Program-made: the position numbers and the translations under genes
The notes under the pieces: generated by a model
Seen by the model: only the letters and a program-made list of their open reading frames with translations
The model's database searches: none
What the model was told of the DNA's origin: nothing
Assembly: GCF_009914755.1 (NCBI RefSeq)
Contig: NC_060933.1
Origin: the human T2T-CHM13v2.0 reference genome, Homo sapiens
DNA length: 64,000 nucleotides
Reading direction: 5' to 3' (one strand)
Part shown: positions 40,176-53,231 of the stretch, in pieces
Numbering within the stretch: the first letter of the stretch is position 1
Layout of the letters: each line of letters starts with the position of its first letter

Positions 40176-43100
40176 TTATTGACATCTATCTTTTGTGATC
40201 TTTAACTTGAGGTCTCCAATTTCTTCACACTGGTGCTTCAAGTACTCTTTTGGGGCAACAGAGGTAATTCTATCAGTTTCCCAGGCCTTTATTTGAGTAT
40301 AATGAATCCAAGAATCTATTCCAGTGACCTTCACTCCTGAAGGAGTAGAAAGAAATACAGTGTAATGTCCTTTCCAATTCAGGGCTAGAGAGAAAAAAAG
40401 AGAAGGAAAAGCCTTTACCAGTACTAAGTCCCTTGGGTTGAATAGATGTGGTTCTAGTTCACAGGGTTGGGCCTCTGACAGTTGTTTCAGTTCCTGTTGG
40501 AAATGGGCCAAAGAAGTTATATGATTAATCAAATCAGAGGTTTCTTGGTCTAGCAAGAAATTATTGGTGAGAAAAAGCTGTCCATATATAATTTTGAAGG
40601 GACTTAAACCCAGCTTCAAAGGGGTGCTTCTAACACTTGTAGGGCCCTGGGGAAAAAAGTAATCCAGGGGAGGTGAGTCTCTTGAGACAGTTTTTGGAGG
40701 TGCCTTTAGATAATATCATTTGTCTTCTCTACCTTTCCTGAAGATTGTGGTCTCCAAGCACAATGAAGATGGTATTGTATACCTAGGCCTTTGAGACCCC
40801 CTAGGTGACCGCTGCCCTAAACAAGAGGCTATTATTGCTCTGGAGGTACTTAGGGAGTCCAAAGTGAGGAATTATCTCATTAATTAGTACTTTTATCACT
40901 TCCAGAGGCTTTCTCTGTCTCACATGGAAATGCTTCTACCCAGTTAGTGAAGGTATCTATCTGTACCAGGAGGTACAGGATGCCTTTTATCTTCGGCCTA
41001 TGGATAAAAACCATTTGCCAGTGTTCCCCTGGGTAGCCTTCCAGTCTTTGAGTTCTAGGCAGGAGATGCCATTGCTTGAAGGAATTATTTTTAAGGCAAG
41101 TTTCACAAGCATTAAAAAACTGTTTGATCATTTTTAGCAGATTTTTACTTGAGAACAACCTTTGGGTCAATTGATAGGTTTTATCCTTATCTAGGCAAAA
41201 TGTTTGGTGAGGGATTTTAAAAACTTTCCATTGGCTGGAAGCTGGTAGATGAAGTTTGCCATCCTCCAATTGTAGCTATCCTGAGGACTGAAAGGTGCAT
41301 CCCTGAGAGGTGTCCCATTCTATTTCTGCAGGATAATACTGAGGTTTTATTTCTCTTTTGGGTCACTCCCAGATCAGAGGGGCCTCAAGTGGATCAGAAA
41401 TCTGGGGCCTCTCATTGATGATTTAGCTGTTTGGTCTGCCAATATTTTCACTTGGTTATTTTATTTGTTCCCTTTTGGTGACCTTTACAATGTATTACTG
41501 CCACTTCCTGTGGAAGGAAAACTGAGGTTACTAGTCTGTCAATTTGCTGATGGTGTTTAATGGGAGACCCATTAGCTATGAGGAAATTATACTTTTTTCC
41601 AGATAGCAGCATGGGCCTGGAGGACGAAGAAAGCATACTTAGAATCAGTATAAATGTTTACTGCTTTCCCTTTGCTTAATTCAAGCACCCTCATGAGGGC
41701 AATTAGCTCAGCTAGTTGAGCACTTGTGCCCGAGAAGAGAAGCACACTTCGAATAGTGTCATTCAGGGTGACTATTGCATACTCTGCTTTATGAATCCCT
41801 TGTTCTACAAAAGAACTTCGGTCCAACAAGAGACTCCTGTCTGTTCTCTAAGGGGGTTTGTTTGAGGTCCTCTTTGCCACAGAGAGTTGCACTATTATCT
41901 GTTTGCAGTCATGTTCAGGCCCTCCAACTTCCTCTGGGAGGAAGGAAGGTGGGTTTAGGGAAGGATAGGTTATTAATGGGACTGCAGATGCCTCCAATAG
42001 CAGACCTTGATATTTGAGGAGGGAGTTGTTTGTTAGCCAGAGACCTCCCTTAGAAGACAGCAGTCCTGTCATATTATGTGGGGTATAAATGGTTAAGTTA
42101 TTCCCCATGTTTAACTTACTCGCCTCTAGCACCAGCAAAGCTACCACAGCAAATGCCCAGAAGCAGGGTGGCCATCTGTTAGCCACCTAATGAAGCTCCT
42201 TTATTAGGTAGCCTATGGGCTGGACATCAGGCCTTGTTAGAATGCCCAGGGCCATTCCTTTCCTTTCTGATACATCAATATTGAACATCTTCCCTTTGGG
42301 AAGACTAAAGCTGGCACCTTAAGCAAGGCTTGTTTCATTTGGTTAAAGGCCCTTTTAGCCTCTGGTTCCCAAATTAGAGAGTGAGTCTTAGCTGCCTGAG
42401 TTTACTTTATTTGTTGATAGAAGGGACGAGCTATCTCACCATACCCAGGTATCCATAATCTGCAGAATCCTGTAATGCCCAAGAATTCCCTCAGTTGCTA
42501 GAGGGTTTTGGGGAGGGTGAAGGAAGAGATGAGCTTAATCCTTTCTTTGCCTAGTTCTCTGGTCCCGTCTGACAAGATTAGAACTGAGTACTTCACTGAA
42601 GTCTTACAGAGGTCAGCCTTAGATTTTGAGACCTTATATCATCTATTAGCCAGAAAATTAAGAACAGCCTTACTGCTCTCCTGAGAGATATACTCAGTTG
42701 GGGCACAAAGGACAATATCATTTACATATTGTAAAACTTTAACCTGAAGATAAAGGAATTCAGAGAGATCTTTTGACAATACCTGCCCAAACAGGTGGGG
42801 GTGTCTTAGAATCCTTGAGGTAACACAATTCAGCTTAGCTTGATGGTTGGTTGAAGGGATCCTCAAATGCAAACAAATCCTGGGAGTTGAAGTGTAACAG
42901 TATGCAGAAAAAGGCATCCTTTAGGTCAAGGACTGTGAACCATTTAGTTCCCTCAGGTATTTCAGTTAGCATGGTATAGGAATTGCACATCACTGGATGA
43001 ACTGGACACAGCCTCATTAATGAGGCAGAGGCTCTGGACCAGTATCCATTCCCCACTGGGTTTCTCTACCCCCAGTGTCAGGATATTTCAAGGGCTATTG

Positions 43101-43644
43101 CAGGGTTTGAGGAGGCCCTGCATCCTCAAGCTATTGATGATGGCTTCTAGTCTTTTCTTAACTTCTGGTTTTAGGTGATATTGTCTCTAATTAGGGAAGA
43201 AGGTGGGATCCTTAAGGTGGATCTGGGCTGTATGGCAATTGTGGCTCAGCCAATTTCCCCTTGAGTTGCCCAAACTTATGGACTAATAAGTCATCCTGGA
43301 ATCATAAGGATGGTGGTTCCCATACAAACTAAAATATCCCTGCTCAGCAGAGGAGTTGGGTTTTCAGGCATGATTAAAAAGGCATGAGTAAACAAGAGGT
43401 CTCCTCAAATACAACTAAGGGGCTGGGTAAAATATTTGGTTAAAAGCTTTCCTGAGACACCACTCACAGTTATGCTAAGGGAGAAGGAAAGGCCTGATTG
43501 TACAGGAGAACAGAAATAGTGGCTCTGATATTCAAGAGGAAGTCCATCTTCCACCCTTTGACCTCCAGAATCACCTGGGGCTCCTAGATGGCCATGGTCA
43601 TGTAAGCCACTGGAGCTGGTGGGAGGAGCCCTGGGACCCATCAT
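40176..43644 (-). pseudogene. pol: Disrupted retroviral pro-pol
   Basis: Protease FLLNIRATISVL (degenerate DTGA); RT WFTVLDLKDAFFCI and VLQYVNDIVLC (YVDD to YVND); RNase H SAQLAELIAL and NIYTDSKYAF; integrase IDTFTNWVEAFP and WKGHYTV...SWIHYTQIK. Many frameshifts and stops. Confidence 0.92.
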
Positions 43645-43649
43645 TCCTG

Positions 43650-44023
43650 CTGGACCATGGGGGAGATTGGCTCTGGACTCAGTGACCTACATCTCCATGG
43701 GGAGGTCACCTTCTAGTGGTCCCCTTCCTCATGTTGCCTGAGCAATCCTTCTTAAAGTGCCCTGACTTGCTATATTAGTAGCAACTAATAGGGGCACCTC
43801 AGAGATTCTGGGGTGTGTAGGCCTACAAGGTGGCCATTAGAGCCTCTGCCTTTTTCTTGCAACTCTTCTCTCTTTCTTGAGCACCACCCCCGAATCCCTA
43901 CTGTAAAATACCAAGGTGGCCACTTTCAGGAGGTTCTTTAAAGTACTGTCTTGTTCCATGGCCTGTTTCTGCAGCTTCCTCCTGATAACAGGGGCCACCC
44001 AAGTAATACACTTATCCTTTAGG
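43650..44023 (-). pseudogene. gag: Retroviral gag C-terminal remnant
   Basis: My minus-strand translation gives LKDKCITWVAPVIRRKLQKQAMEQDSTLKNLLKVATLVFYSRD and a degenerate zinc knuckle CY*YSKSGHFKKDC. Confidence 0.8.
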
Positions 44024-45081
44024 TGTTACATTTCTTTGTCATAGAGCCATGTGTACATGAGGTAATCTATTACTTGATACAGAAATTAACAAAACGTTTA
44101 GAGTCCCTACGTCCAAATATTGTAGAGGTCATTTTTAGATAAATAAAGCAATATATGCAATTAATAAACATAGTGCCATGAACATAATAAGCATTTCATG
44201 AAGGTCTGTTTTGGAAATTAATTGCTAATAATGCTATTTTAGTTATTCCATTAAGTATGCATATAAAATAGAGTACATTTGTATTTTTTAAAGATATGGA
44301 AATTGAGTACAGACATGATTAGGTAAGATTATTTTAACCCTGTGATCATCCAGCTAGCATTGAATAGATGCAGGATTTAAACATCAGTGTACTTTTACAG
44401 TCCGTATTTTTTTTCCCTGTAAGTATTCTCGACGAATGACATTTTCCTCATTTACATTCTTAAAGTAGAAATGGATTTCCCACTAGAGACCATCCTATGT
44501 TTATACAAAGTAAACTTCTTATAACTTTTCTTTGTCATTTGTTTTTTCATGTTATAAAATAAATGTTTCAAACAAGAGGCAGAGAATATTTGTACTAGAG
44601 AGTGGCTTCCTTTTTTTTTTCTCCCTTAAAGTTTAACCTGATTATAGGGTGCAATCATAGAGAGGTCCATTTAGTTTGCACTGAAAATAGTAAGGTGTCA
44701 TCTCAAGAAATTTCACAGAGAGGTTAAAAACAGGATGGATATGAACAAGGAGTATCGTCTACCTAAAAAATTCTAAATCAGAACCTTTTATTTGGTGCTA
44801 GTAATTTAGCTTTGTAAATGCTGATATTGTGCTAGTGAATTTTCTCCACATTTTGGAGGATATATGGATCACCGTAACAAATAGGGAGAATGTTTTTCCA
44901 ATAGGACCTTCTTTTTAACATGACAACATTCAAAGTCTGTCTAATGGACTTGAAATTTTGAAGTCCTTTGTATTGTATATTCTAGCTAATCAGTAGTATC
45001 TGAAAGATTCAGTGCAATTCTTTATAAATCTGACAATAAGTAAATGTCTCTGTTAGTGCTTCCCAAAGATGAGCCCATAAT

Positions 45082-45271
45082 AGATTGTATTTTTAAATAA
45101 TTAACATGATCAAATATATAATGCACATAGTTATTATTAATAATAATCAATTATTCTTCATATTATGCCACATATAAGATTGTATTTTTAAATAATTAAC
45201 ATGATCAAATATATAATGCACATAGTTATTATTAATAATAATCAATTATTCTTCATATTATGCCACATATA
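45082..45271. repeat. Perfect 2 x 95-bp tandem duplication
   Basis: 45082-45176 is identical to 45177-45271 (agattgtatttttaaataatt...gccacatata). Confidence 0.97.
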
Positions 45272-47276
45272 AAAATTTATTAAGCATTTTATAAATATGG
45301 TCTCAATTTTACTACCTCTATGAGATAGCCATTATATTTCTTAGTTCATGCAGAAACTGAACTTTATTTTTAAATGTCTAACTTCATATTGACAGAACCT
45401 AATCAAGGACCATATTTGTTGACACAAGTACCTGAACTCTTAACCAGTTGTATATACTATTTATAAACATACTTGAGACAGTAGGTAGAAAAAGTAGATG
45501 AAAGAAGATGATGAAGGCAACTAATATCTTTTCAAAATGTAGTCACAGCTAAAGTCTTAGTTCTAACTCATTACATTGTTTATATAATTCCACTGAGAAA
45601 ACCAGGGCAAATTTTGCAGCTTTCAAACATTCTTTTCCTTAGAACATTCATACACCAGCAAGTCTGCCAGACAGCTTTCATCTAGTTCCCTGATCTTTGG
45701 GATTTCTGAATCTATTGTGCAGAATTCTCTGTCTTTTTATTAGAAATATGGGAAATTGAAGATTTGTTTTTTTATCAAGTGAGATCAAAGGTATTGAGAA
45801 GCATGTCACATTATTATGTTTTCTTTATGAGATTTGAGTCATAGTCTCTATCACAAAACAAGAACTTTCCATTCTAAAGTAAGACATATAGGACTAAACA
45901 ACATACAAATCCAAGACAAACCAAGAAAGCAAAGTTTTGCCTTTTTCTTCTATCCACTGTTGTCATATTGTAACCTTTGTCTTGGAAGAAAAGCACCAAT
46001 ATATAGTTTTCACTCCTGATGCTTACTCAAGATATAGCTGCGTGCCTTGGCTTTCCACAGAGCCAGTCTCACTCAGAAGGGATCAAAGTAAAACTGGCTA
46101 CATGGCATGCTTCAATCAAGATCTGTTACAGGTTTCAATTAAGCAAAATCATCACATTTTATCTCATGTTTATGTATAAATACTAATGTCTAATTTTCCC
46201 AATCACCCAGTCTGGAAAACCACTTAAGAGATTTCTATCAGTCCTACCCACGACCTAAAATGCTCATCAATAGGAATACTGTCCTCAGCTTTTTTCCTTA
46301 TGAGAACCTTAAAAACACTGCACTTAAATGAAACGTTAAGTCTAGAAAACTCACTTTCCTGAATGAATATAACTGCATATATTTTTGTAGTTTTATGTTT
46401 ATATATTGCTGTCATATTATTTATCGCATTTACTTATCACACTAGACTCTGAGTCAGATAAGACATGGATCAGAATAATTTTATAGTTACTATTTATGTT
46501 TAAATAAGCTAATATACATAAGTTGTATATAAAATATTGACTTCAAGGTTCCATCTCTTTATGATTCTAGTGCATTTATCTGACTATTATCCAACTTTAC
46601 CCTTCTAAAGGGTAAATTCTTGAGAGTGAATCTGTAATACTTACCTAACTTGAGGTATCAAAATGTATAAATTAAGCCTAAATTATACAGTATGCAAGGA
46701 GAATTTCATAACTTATTGCATAGTGTATACATACTAGTTCATAGTATGTACATGATTCAGGGTCAGATAAATAATTTTTATTGCTTTTTTTCAATTCGAA
46801 AAGAATGTTTATCTAATTTCAGAATGAGAGATGTCATTGGCTAATTTATGTGCTAATATGACCACAAATCATGCTTTATTTGTAAAAGTTAATCTATTTT
46901 ATGCTCTATCCAAAATAAATCAATAATTATTTTGAAGCCTCATGGGCATAATAATTTTATATATTCTTTACCCAGTTTCTGGATCTTAATAGTTGCTTAA
47001 TAAGCATTCATCTTCTTTCTTATGTATTATGAAAAGAGAATCACATTACTTTTTAAAAAAGTAGTACTCTGTGCTAAATAAATATAGTCTGAAACTTTAT
47101 TAAAGAATATCAATATGCAGACACAGCAAGAGAGGCATAGATGGTCCAGTAGCAGCAACTGTGAATGTTGGTCATTTATTTAACTATTAAAACCAAAATG
47201 TAATATAATTTAAAAAGTAAGAGTTGACTTAAATTTTTGGGTTGATGGAATAGTAGTGGCAGAAAAATGAGAACAT

Positions 47277-47712
47277 AGTATTCCATGGTGTATATGTGCC
47301 ACATTTTCTTAATCCAGTCTATCATTGTTGGACATTTGGCTTGGTTCCAAGTCTTTGCTATTGTGAATAATGCCGCAATAAACATACGTGTGCATGTGTC
47401 TTTATAGCAGCATGATTTATAGTCCTTTGGGTATATACCCAGTAATGGGATGGCTGGGTCAAATGGTATTTCTAGTTCTAGATCCCTGAGGAATCGCCAC
47501 ACTGACTTCCACAATGGTTGAACTAGTTTACAGTCCCACCAACAGTGTAAAGGTGTTCCTATTTCTCCACATCCTCTCCAGCATGCTAGATGACGAGTTA
47601 GTGGGTGCAGCACACCAGCATGGCACAGGTATACGTATGTAACTAACCTGCACAATGTGCACATGTACCCTAAAACTTAAAGTATAATAATAAAAAAAAT
47701 AAATAAAAAAAA
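47277..47712 (+). mobile_element. L1PA2-type 5'-truncated insertion with a 5' inversion (twin priming)
   Basis: 16-bp TSD agaaaaatgagaacat (47261-47276 and 47713-47728). 47277-47583 is antisense ORF2 3' part; 47583-47712 is sense 3'UTR plus poly(A). It has GAG (not Ta ACA) and 'cttaaagtat' (not Ta G). Confidence 0.95.
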
Positions 47713-48409
47713 AGAAAAATGAGAACATTTTAAATTTCTATTTTAAAAAATTATTTAAATATATTAGAAAACCAATGAGGCAAAAAGGCAAGAGCTAAAA
47801 CAACACAGAAGACAAAACTACAGAGAAGTGACTTATGATTAGCGGCTGCTTTTTCATTAGGGCCATTTGCAGATTACAGGAAAAGATAAGATGCTGAGAG
47901 ATGTTTTGCAAAAAAAAAAAGTGGGGGAGACTGCTGCAGGATAGGAAACACTGCTGAGTGTCTAGGAGACAAAGTTTAGAGTTCAGGACCCATCAATAGG
48001 ATGGGATGAGGTGAATAAAACAAGTTCTCACTTAAAAACAACTTTGGAGAGTCATGAACATCATAAAAGTTGAACCAGAAAAACAATAAAAGCATACAAG
48101 GAATACGGCTTTTAGCCAAGCTGAAATAATAAGGACAAGAGTTCCTCTTCTCTCTAAAACAATTATAAACATTTACAAACTTTATTTTTATATAAGAATA
48201 CATGAAACAAACATTTTCAGATATTAGATGAACTTCAGCGAACCTGTGACCAATGACCCTGACACAGGGGAAACAAATGTGGTAAACCCCACTATTGCCA
48301 TGGCTTAATTAAGAGAGTTTCCAGGACACAGTACAGGAAGGTAAAACCCAGGCAGAGCCTGGTCGAGTTGAGAAGATAGTGAGGATTTCAGGGAGCCCAA
48401 GTAAATGAA

Positions 48410-48463
48410 GAGAGAGAGAGATAAAGAGTGAGAGTCTGTGTGTGTATGTGTGTTTGTGTGTGC

Positions 48464-48495
<32 letters not shown>
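48410..48495. repeat. Compound (GA)n/(GT)n microsatellite
   Basis: Directly visible. Confidence 0.85.
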
Positions 48496-48659
48496 AAGCA
48501 TGCTCTAGATAACTGCATAGGGTCTCCTTGAGTCTTCAGTTGAGTACTAATCAGTACATATGTGAGAGGAAACTACACAACATCATCAAAAGAAAAATAA
48601 AGACCTATCCCTGGAACTCTATGGGTTTAAGAATAATTTGTATTTCCACTATATAGAGT

Positions 48660-48661
<2 letters not shown>

Positions 48662-48696
<35 letters not shown>
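48662..48696. repeat. (AC)17 microsatellite
   Basis: Pure AC run. Confidence 0.95.
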
Positions 48697-48700
<4 letters not shown>

Positions 48701-48788
48701 ATTCACAGCCCATTGGGTAGAATATTAGAAAGTTAATGCTTCAGTAGCAAAACGAAATTTGATTAGACTCAAGGCTGTTCTAGAAATG

Positions 48789-49246
48789 CTAAACTACATT
48801 TCCTAGAACTCCCTCTCTAGTATGTTTCCTATTAGGGTAGGCTCTAAGGCTATTTATCTCCTGAGAGCTACAGGGCTAAAGGAAGGGGGCAGCCATTCTT
48901 AGCAAACACACATGTTACTGCTGATCTGCTACTCCTTGCCCAGAGTAGCAGGTGGAACTACAGTGGTCCCTCAGGACCTTTACTGAGTTTCTCTGATTCC
49001 TGGGCCAGGGCTGTATGTGTTCAGCTACATACATGGCATTGATCAACGTAGCATACCTTTCTTCACTAGGTCAGAGACAAAGAAGGACATGGACGTCAGT
49101 CACTTCTTGTGAGGTTCCAGGTCATGGGATTCCAGGCTGCTCTTAAGCTTTGCATATAACTAACTGTCTCGTGAACCCTGGGCTTAAGGCTTGAGGACAC
49201 TGCTTAGCTAACCTCATAATTGAGTGAGTCAATTCCTTCCATTACT

Positions 49247-49285
<39 letters not shown>

Positions 49286-49341
49286 CTCTTCTAGAATGAT
49301 TCTATTGGTTGCTGCTTCGCAGGTCTAAACCTGACTTATAC
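48789..49341 (+). mobile_element. MLT2 (MLT2B/E-like, ERVL) LTR, containing a (GT)n tract at 49248-49283
   Basis: Begins 'ctaaactacatttcctagaactccc' and ends 'cataattgagtgagtcaattcc...tctattggttgctg...aacctgacttatac'. Confidence 0.65.
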
Positions 49342-49529
49342 TTAAAAAATAAAATGTTTACCAAGTAATTTAATTGCATCAGTGAATAAAGATCAAGCAT
49401 ATGTATAAGAATAAAAAAAGATCTAGCACCCATCAATACCAAATTCACATTTTTTGTCATTCAATAAAAAAATTGCCAGATATGCAAAAACACAGAAAAA
49501 GTCTATTGAAACCTATCAAGAAATAAAAT

Positions 49530-49947
49530 AATGGATAGTGATCCTGTTTATAAAAGACACATGAAATAAAAAACAATATAGAGATGAACAGATTAGTAGT
49601 TGCCAAAGCTTAGGGTTTGAAGAGCAAGGAAGGGAGTGAGGCTATAAATAAACGTTTTGTGTCTTGATTCTGGTGGTGCTTACATGAAGCTACAAGTGTG
49701 CTAAAATTGAGCATGATTCTATAGATACACACAGAAACACAAAAAATGAATGCATGTATAACCAATGAAATCTGAGTAAACTATGTGGTTGTCAATTTCC
49801 TGATTTTGCTATTGGAGTATCAATATCAAAGTTACACAATTTATCAACATTTGGAAAGGCAGGACGAAGCGTGCATAAAACTTCTCTGGACATTTTAAAA
49901 ATATTCCCTGCAAACCTATAATTATTTCAAAACAAAAACTTTTAAAA
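49530..49947 (+). mobile_element. L1MD-like 3' end
   Basis: 'gaacagattagtagttgcca', 'tcttgattctggtggtg', 'gtcaatttcctgattttg', 'ctataattatttcaaaacaaaaa'. Confidence 0.7.
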
Positions 49948-52210
49948 ATGAAATGCAGACAGAAATAAGTAAACTACTGGTGTCCTAAATATACTCATAA
50001 TTGGAGGCTCTAATGAAAGGTAGGAGTGGTGGTTGAAAAACTAACACTGAAAACTTTCCAAAATATATAAAAAGTAGAAATCATGACTCAAAGAAGCTCA
50101 ACAAATTCTCAGAAAAAAAATATATACAGACATTATAAGAATTGTTAAAAGCACTCCTTCGGGCATAAGGAAAATAATAAAAGTTGGAAATCTATAAATC
50201 TGTGTCTACATATAGGAAAGAAACAAGAAGCACAACAGAAATAGTAAATATGAAGGTAGTTATAGAAGACTTGTTTCTTATTCTGTAAATATCTACAAAA
50301 GACAATTGTCAGTGTAAGCAAAAGTAATAAGTGAAATAAAATATGTAAAAATTTGAGGTTGGGTTTTTTGAGAGTGAATCGTAACAAGTGCTTTCCTGCA
50401 TTGAAAGCTTTCTCTTATCCTGCAGATGTAGGATAATTTGCCCTTTATAGTGATAACTTAATTTCTGTATAAAACCAGCTTCTTCTTTTTCTGCTTCTGT
50501 CATTCTTTTTTTTTCTCATTCTCTTTGAAAATCTTGTAGAATAATTGATCATAAAAGAACATATATTGTGTGATTATGGGTACACTTTTAAATATCTAAT
50601 TGAAATAAAAGCTACAAATTTCCAAAAGAAAAATTTTATAAATTTAAACTGGGTTTATTTTATATTAAATATCTTGATTCCTTAGAAACTTTTTATTTTC
50701 TAAACAAAAATGTAATTCAGAAAAAAATTCTAAATGTAGATTTTAGTAATATACATAATTGCCAAATAATAAAAGCAAGACACTTAGACTTTTTGTCATA
50801 ACTTTGAGATTTTTAAGTGTTTGATATAAACATTTGATTCTTAAACATTTGATATATTAACACAGGTATATAAATATTATTGATCAAGAGATTTTTTGAA
50901 ATATCCCTGATAAACTGATAATTCAGTGGACAAACTAGGTAATTTAATGTTAGTTAATCCCTGATTTTGCAACTTTGAAAAATAACATTTGTATAATATA
51001 TTTATTAATACTAGAGCTAGATTTGATTTATCAGTTTAAAAAATATAATTTTTGGACATTAGTTGTATGGATCAAGTAAGTTATTATTGTTGCCACAAAT
51101 TGTACATTTGTTTAATAATTGATGTCCTTTAAAAATTGATTAATCTTTTTTGTTGATACATTTTTATATTGCTAAAAAATCATATAGCCTTAAATGTTAA
51201 CTTAAATTGTATTTTCAGATTTTTAGTCAACTTTCAGAATTTAGACTAATATTAAATTGAGTTAATTGGTAAATAACATTTACATGCCTGGATAATATAT
51301 AAGTAAGAAAAATATCTGTCACTAAACATGATTATGAATTTAGTTGCTTCTTATTTTTATACATTATGGGATAACTACAGATTTATAGATTATTAAAATG
51401 TTTTACATGATGTATAAACGCTTATCATCTTAAAATTTGTTAAAGTTATAGAAAATGTTTGCACATAAAATATAGCTAAAAAGTTATAGTTTTCTTAGTT
51501 TATAGTTTTCTTTTTTTCCTGGAACAAGATAAAATTTGTTTACTTTGATTAAACGTGATAGTAAGTAGAAATGTTTGAGACTAGATACAATAGTGACATA
51601 AAAATATAAACATAGATACATCAAAAATATGGTTTCTCTGCTTGTTTTTTGATGGCATTACTGAGTAATATAACAGAATTTTACAAATTTAATATATGTT
51701 AAATCATGTTTTTTTAAGTATATCTTAAAGCTAAAAGCAAATATTTAACTTTATCACATATTTGTATATTTATGTATTAGTGAATATCTAAATACAAAAA
51801 ATGGTATAGTAGATTAATGTAAAACATTTATTGATCATAATAAACTTAAAAAAGTATTTCAATAAATTGATCTCTATTTGGCTAGATGTATAATACTTTG
51901 AATAATGAATTTGAAATAAACTATAAACAGTGCTAAAATATTATTAAGTGAGCTCAATGTATTAGTCTGTTTTCATGCTGCTGATAAAGACATACCCAAG
52001 ACTGGGAAGAAAAAGAGGTTTAATTGGACTTAACAGTTCCCTATGGCTAGGGAGGCCACAGAATCATGGCAAGAGGTGAAAAGCACTTCTTACATGGTAG
52101 TGGCAAGAGAAAATGAGGAAGAAGCAAAAGCAGAAACCCCTGATAAACCCATCAGATCTCATGAGACTTATTCACTATCATGAGAATAGCATGGGAAAGA
52201 CTGGCCCTCA

Positions 52211-52221
52211 TGATTCAATTA
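52211..52221 (-). promoter_or_regulatory. DUX4-type motif TAATTGAATCA in the THE1A 3' LTR
   Basis: tgattcaatta on the + strand; motif match only, function untested. Confidence 0.55.
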
Positions 52222-52487
52222 CCTCCCCCTGGGTCCCTCCCACAACATGTGGAAATTCTGAGAGATACAATTCAAGCTGAGATTTCAGTGAGGACACAGC
52301 CAAACCATATCATTCCACCCCAGCCCCTCCAAATCTCATGCCTCACATTTCAAAACCAATCATGCCTTCCCAACAGCCCCTAAAGTCTTAACTCATTTCA
52401 GAATTAACCCAGAAGTCCACAGTCCAAAGTCTTATCTGAGACAAGGCAAGTCGTTTACGCCTCTGAGCCTATAAAATCAAAAGCAAG

Positions 52488-53231
52488 CTAGTGACTTCCT
52501 AGATACAATGGGGGTACAGGTATTGGGCAAATACAGCTCTTCCAAATGGGAGAAATAGGCCAAAACACAAAGGTTACAGGGCCCATGCAAGTCTGAAATC
52601 CAGTGGGGCAGTCAAACTTTAAAGCTCCAAAATAATCTCCTTTGACTCCATGTCTCACATCCAGGATATGCTGATGCAAGAGGTGGTTTCCCATGGTCTT
52701 GGGCAGCTCTGCTGTTGCAGCTTTGCAGTGTACAGCCTCCCTCCTGGCTGCTTTCATGGGCTGACATTGAGTGTCTGCAGCTTTTCCAGGCACATGGTGC
52801 AAGCTGTCAGTGGGTCTACCATTCTGGGGTCTGAAGGACCATGGGCCTCTTCTCATAGTTCCACTAGGTGGTTCCCCAGTAGGGACTCTGTGTGAGGGCT
52901 CCGACCCCACATTTCCCTTACTCACTGCCTTAGCAGAGGTTCTCCATGACGGCCCCATCACTGCAGCAAACTTTTGTCTGGGCATCCAGGTATTTTCATA
53001 CGTCTTTTGAAATCTAGGTGGAGGTTCCCAAACTTCAATTCTTGACTTCTGTATACCCCCATGCTCAACACCTCGTGGAAGGTGCCATGGTATGGGGCTC
53101 CCAGTCTCTGAAGCCACAGCCAGAGCTGTATGTTGGCCCCTTTTGGGCATGGCTGGAGTGGCTAGGACACAGGGCATGAAGTCCCTAGGCTGCACACAGC
53201 ATGGAAATCCTAGGCCCAGCCACAAAACCAC
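52488..53231 (-). pseudogene. Remnant of the MaLR internal (gag-derived) ORF, 247-codon open stretch
   Basis: The ORF lies within THE1-int in element sense (KSRIEVWEPPPRFQK...WMPRQKFAA); upstream pieces are in other frames. Confidence 0.6.

Larger units (their letters stand above)
39611..44023 (-). mobile_element. Gammaretrovirus-like ERV1 internal region (HUERS-P/MER52-int-like): partial gag, pro-pol, no env; 5' part missing
   Basis: Colinear gag-pro-RT-RNaseH-IN remnants on the minus strand; only ~560 bp separate the integrase stop from the LTR. Confidence 0.9.
48200..50360 (+). mobile_element. Old L1 (L1MD/L1M4-like) 5'/ORF1 remnants, interrupted by MLT2 and an L1MD 3' end
   Basis: 'ggaaggtaaaacccaggcagagcctgg', 'gtcttcagttgagtactaatcag', 'tgaaaactttccaaaat...tcaaagaagctcaacaaattc'; boundaries approximate. 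Confidence 0.5.

Noticed and set aside
50400-51950. Extremely AT-rich 1.5-kb stretch, possibly a decayed ERV internal region
   Set aside because: No diagnostic motif, ORF or periodicity that I can support.
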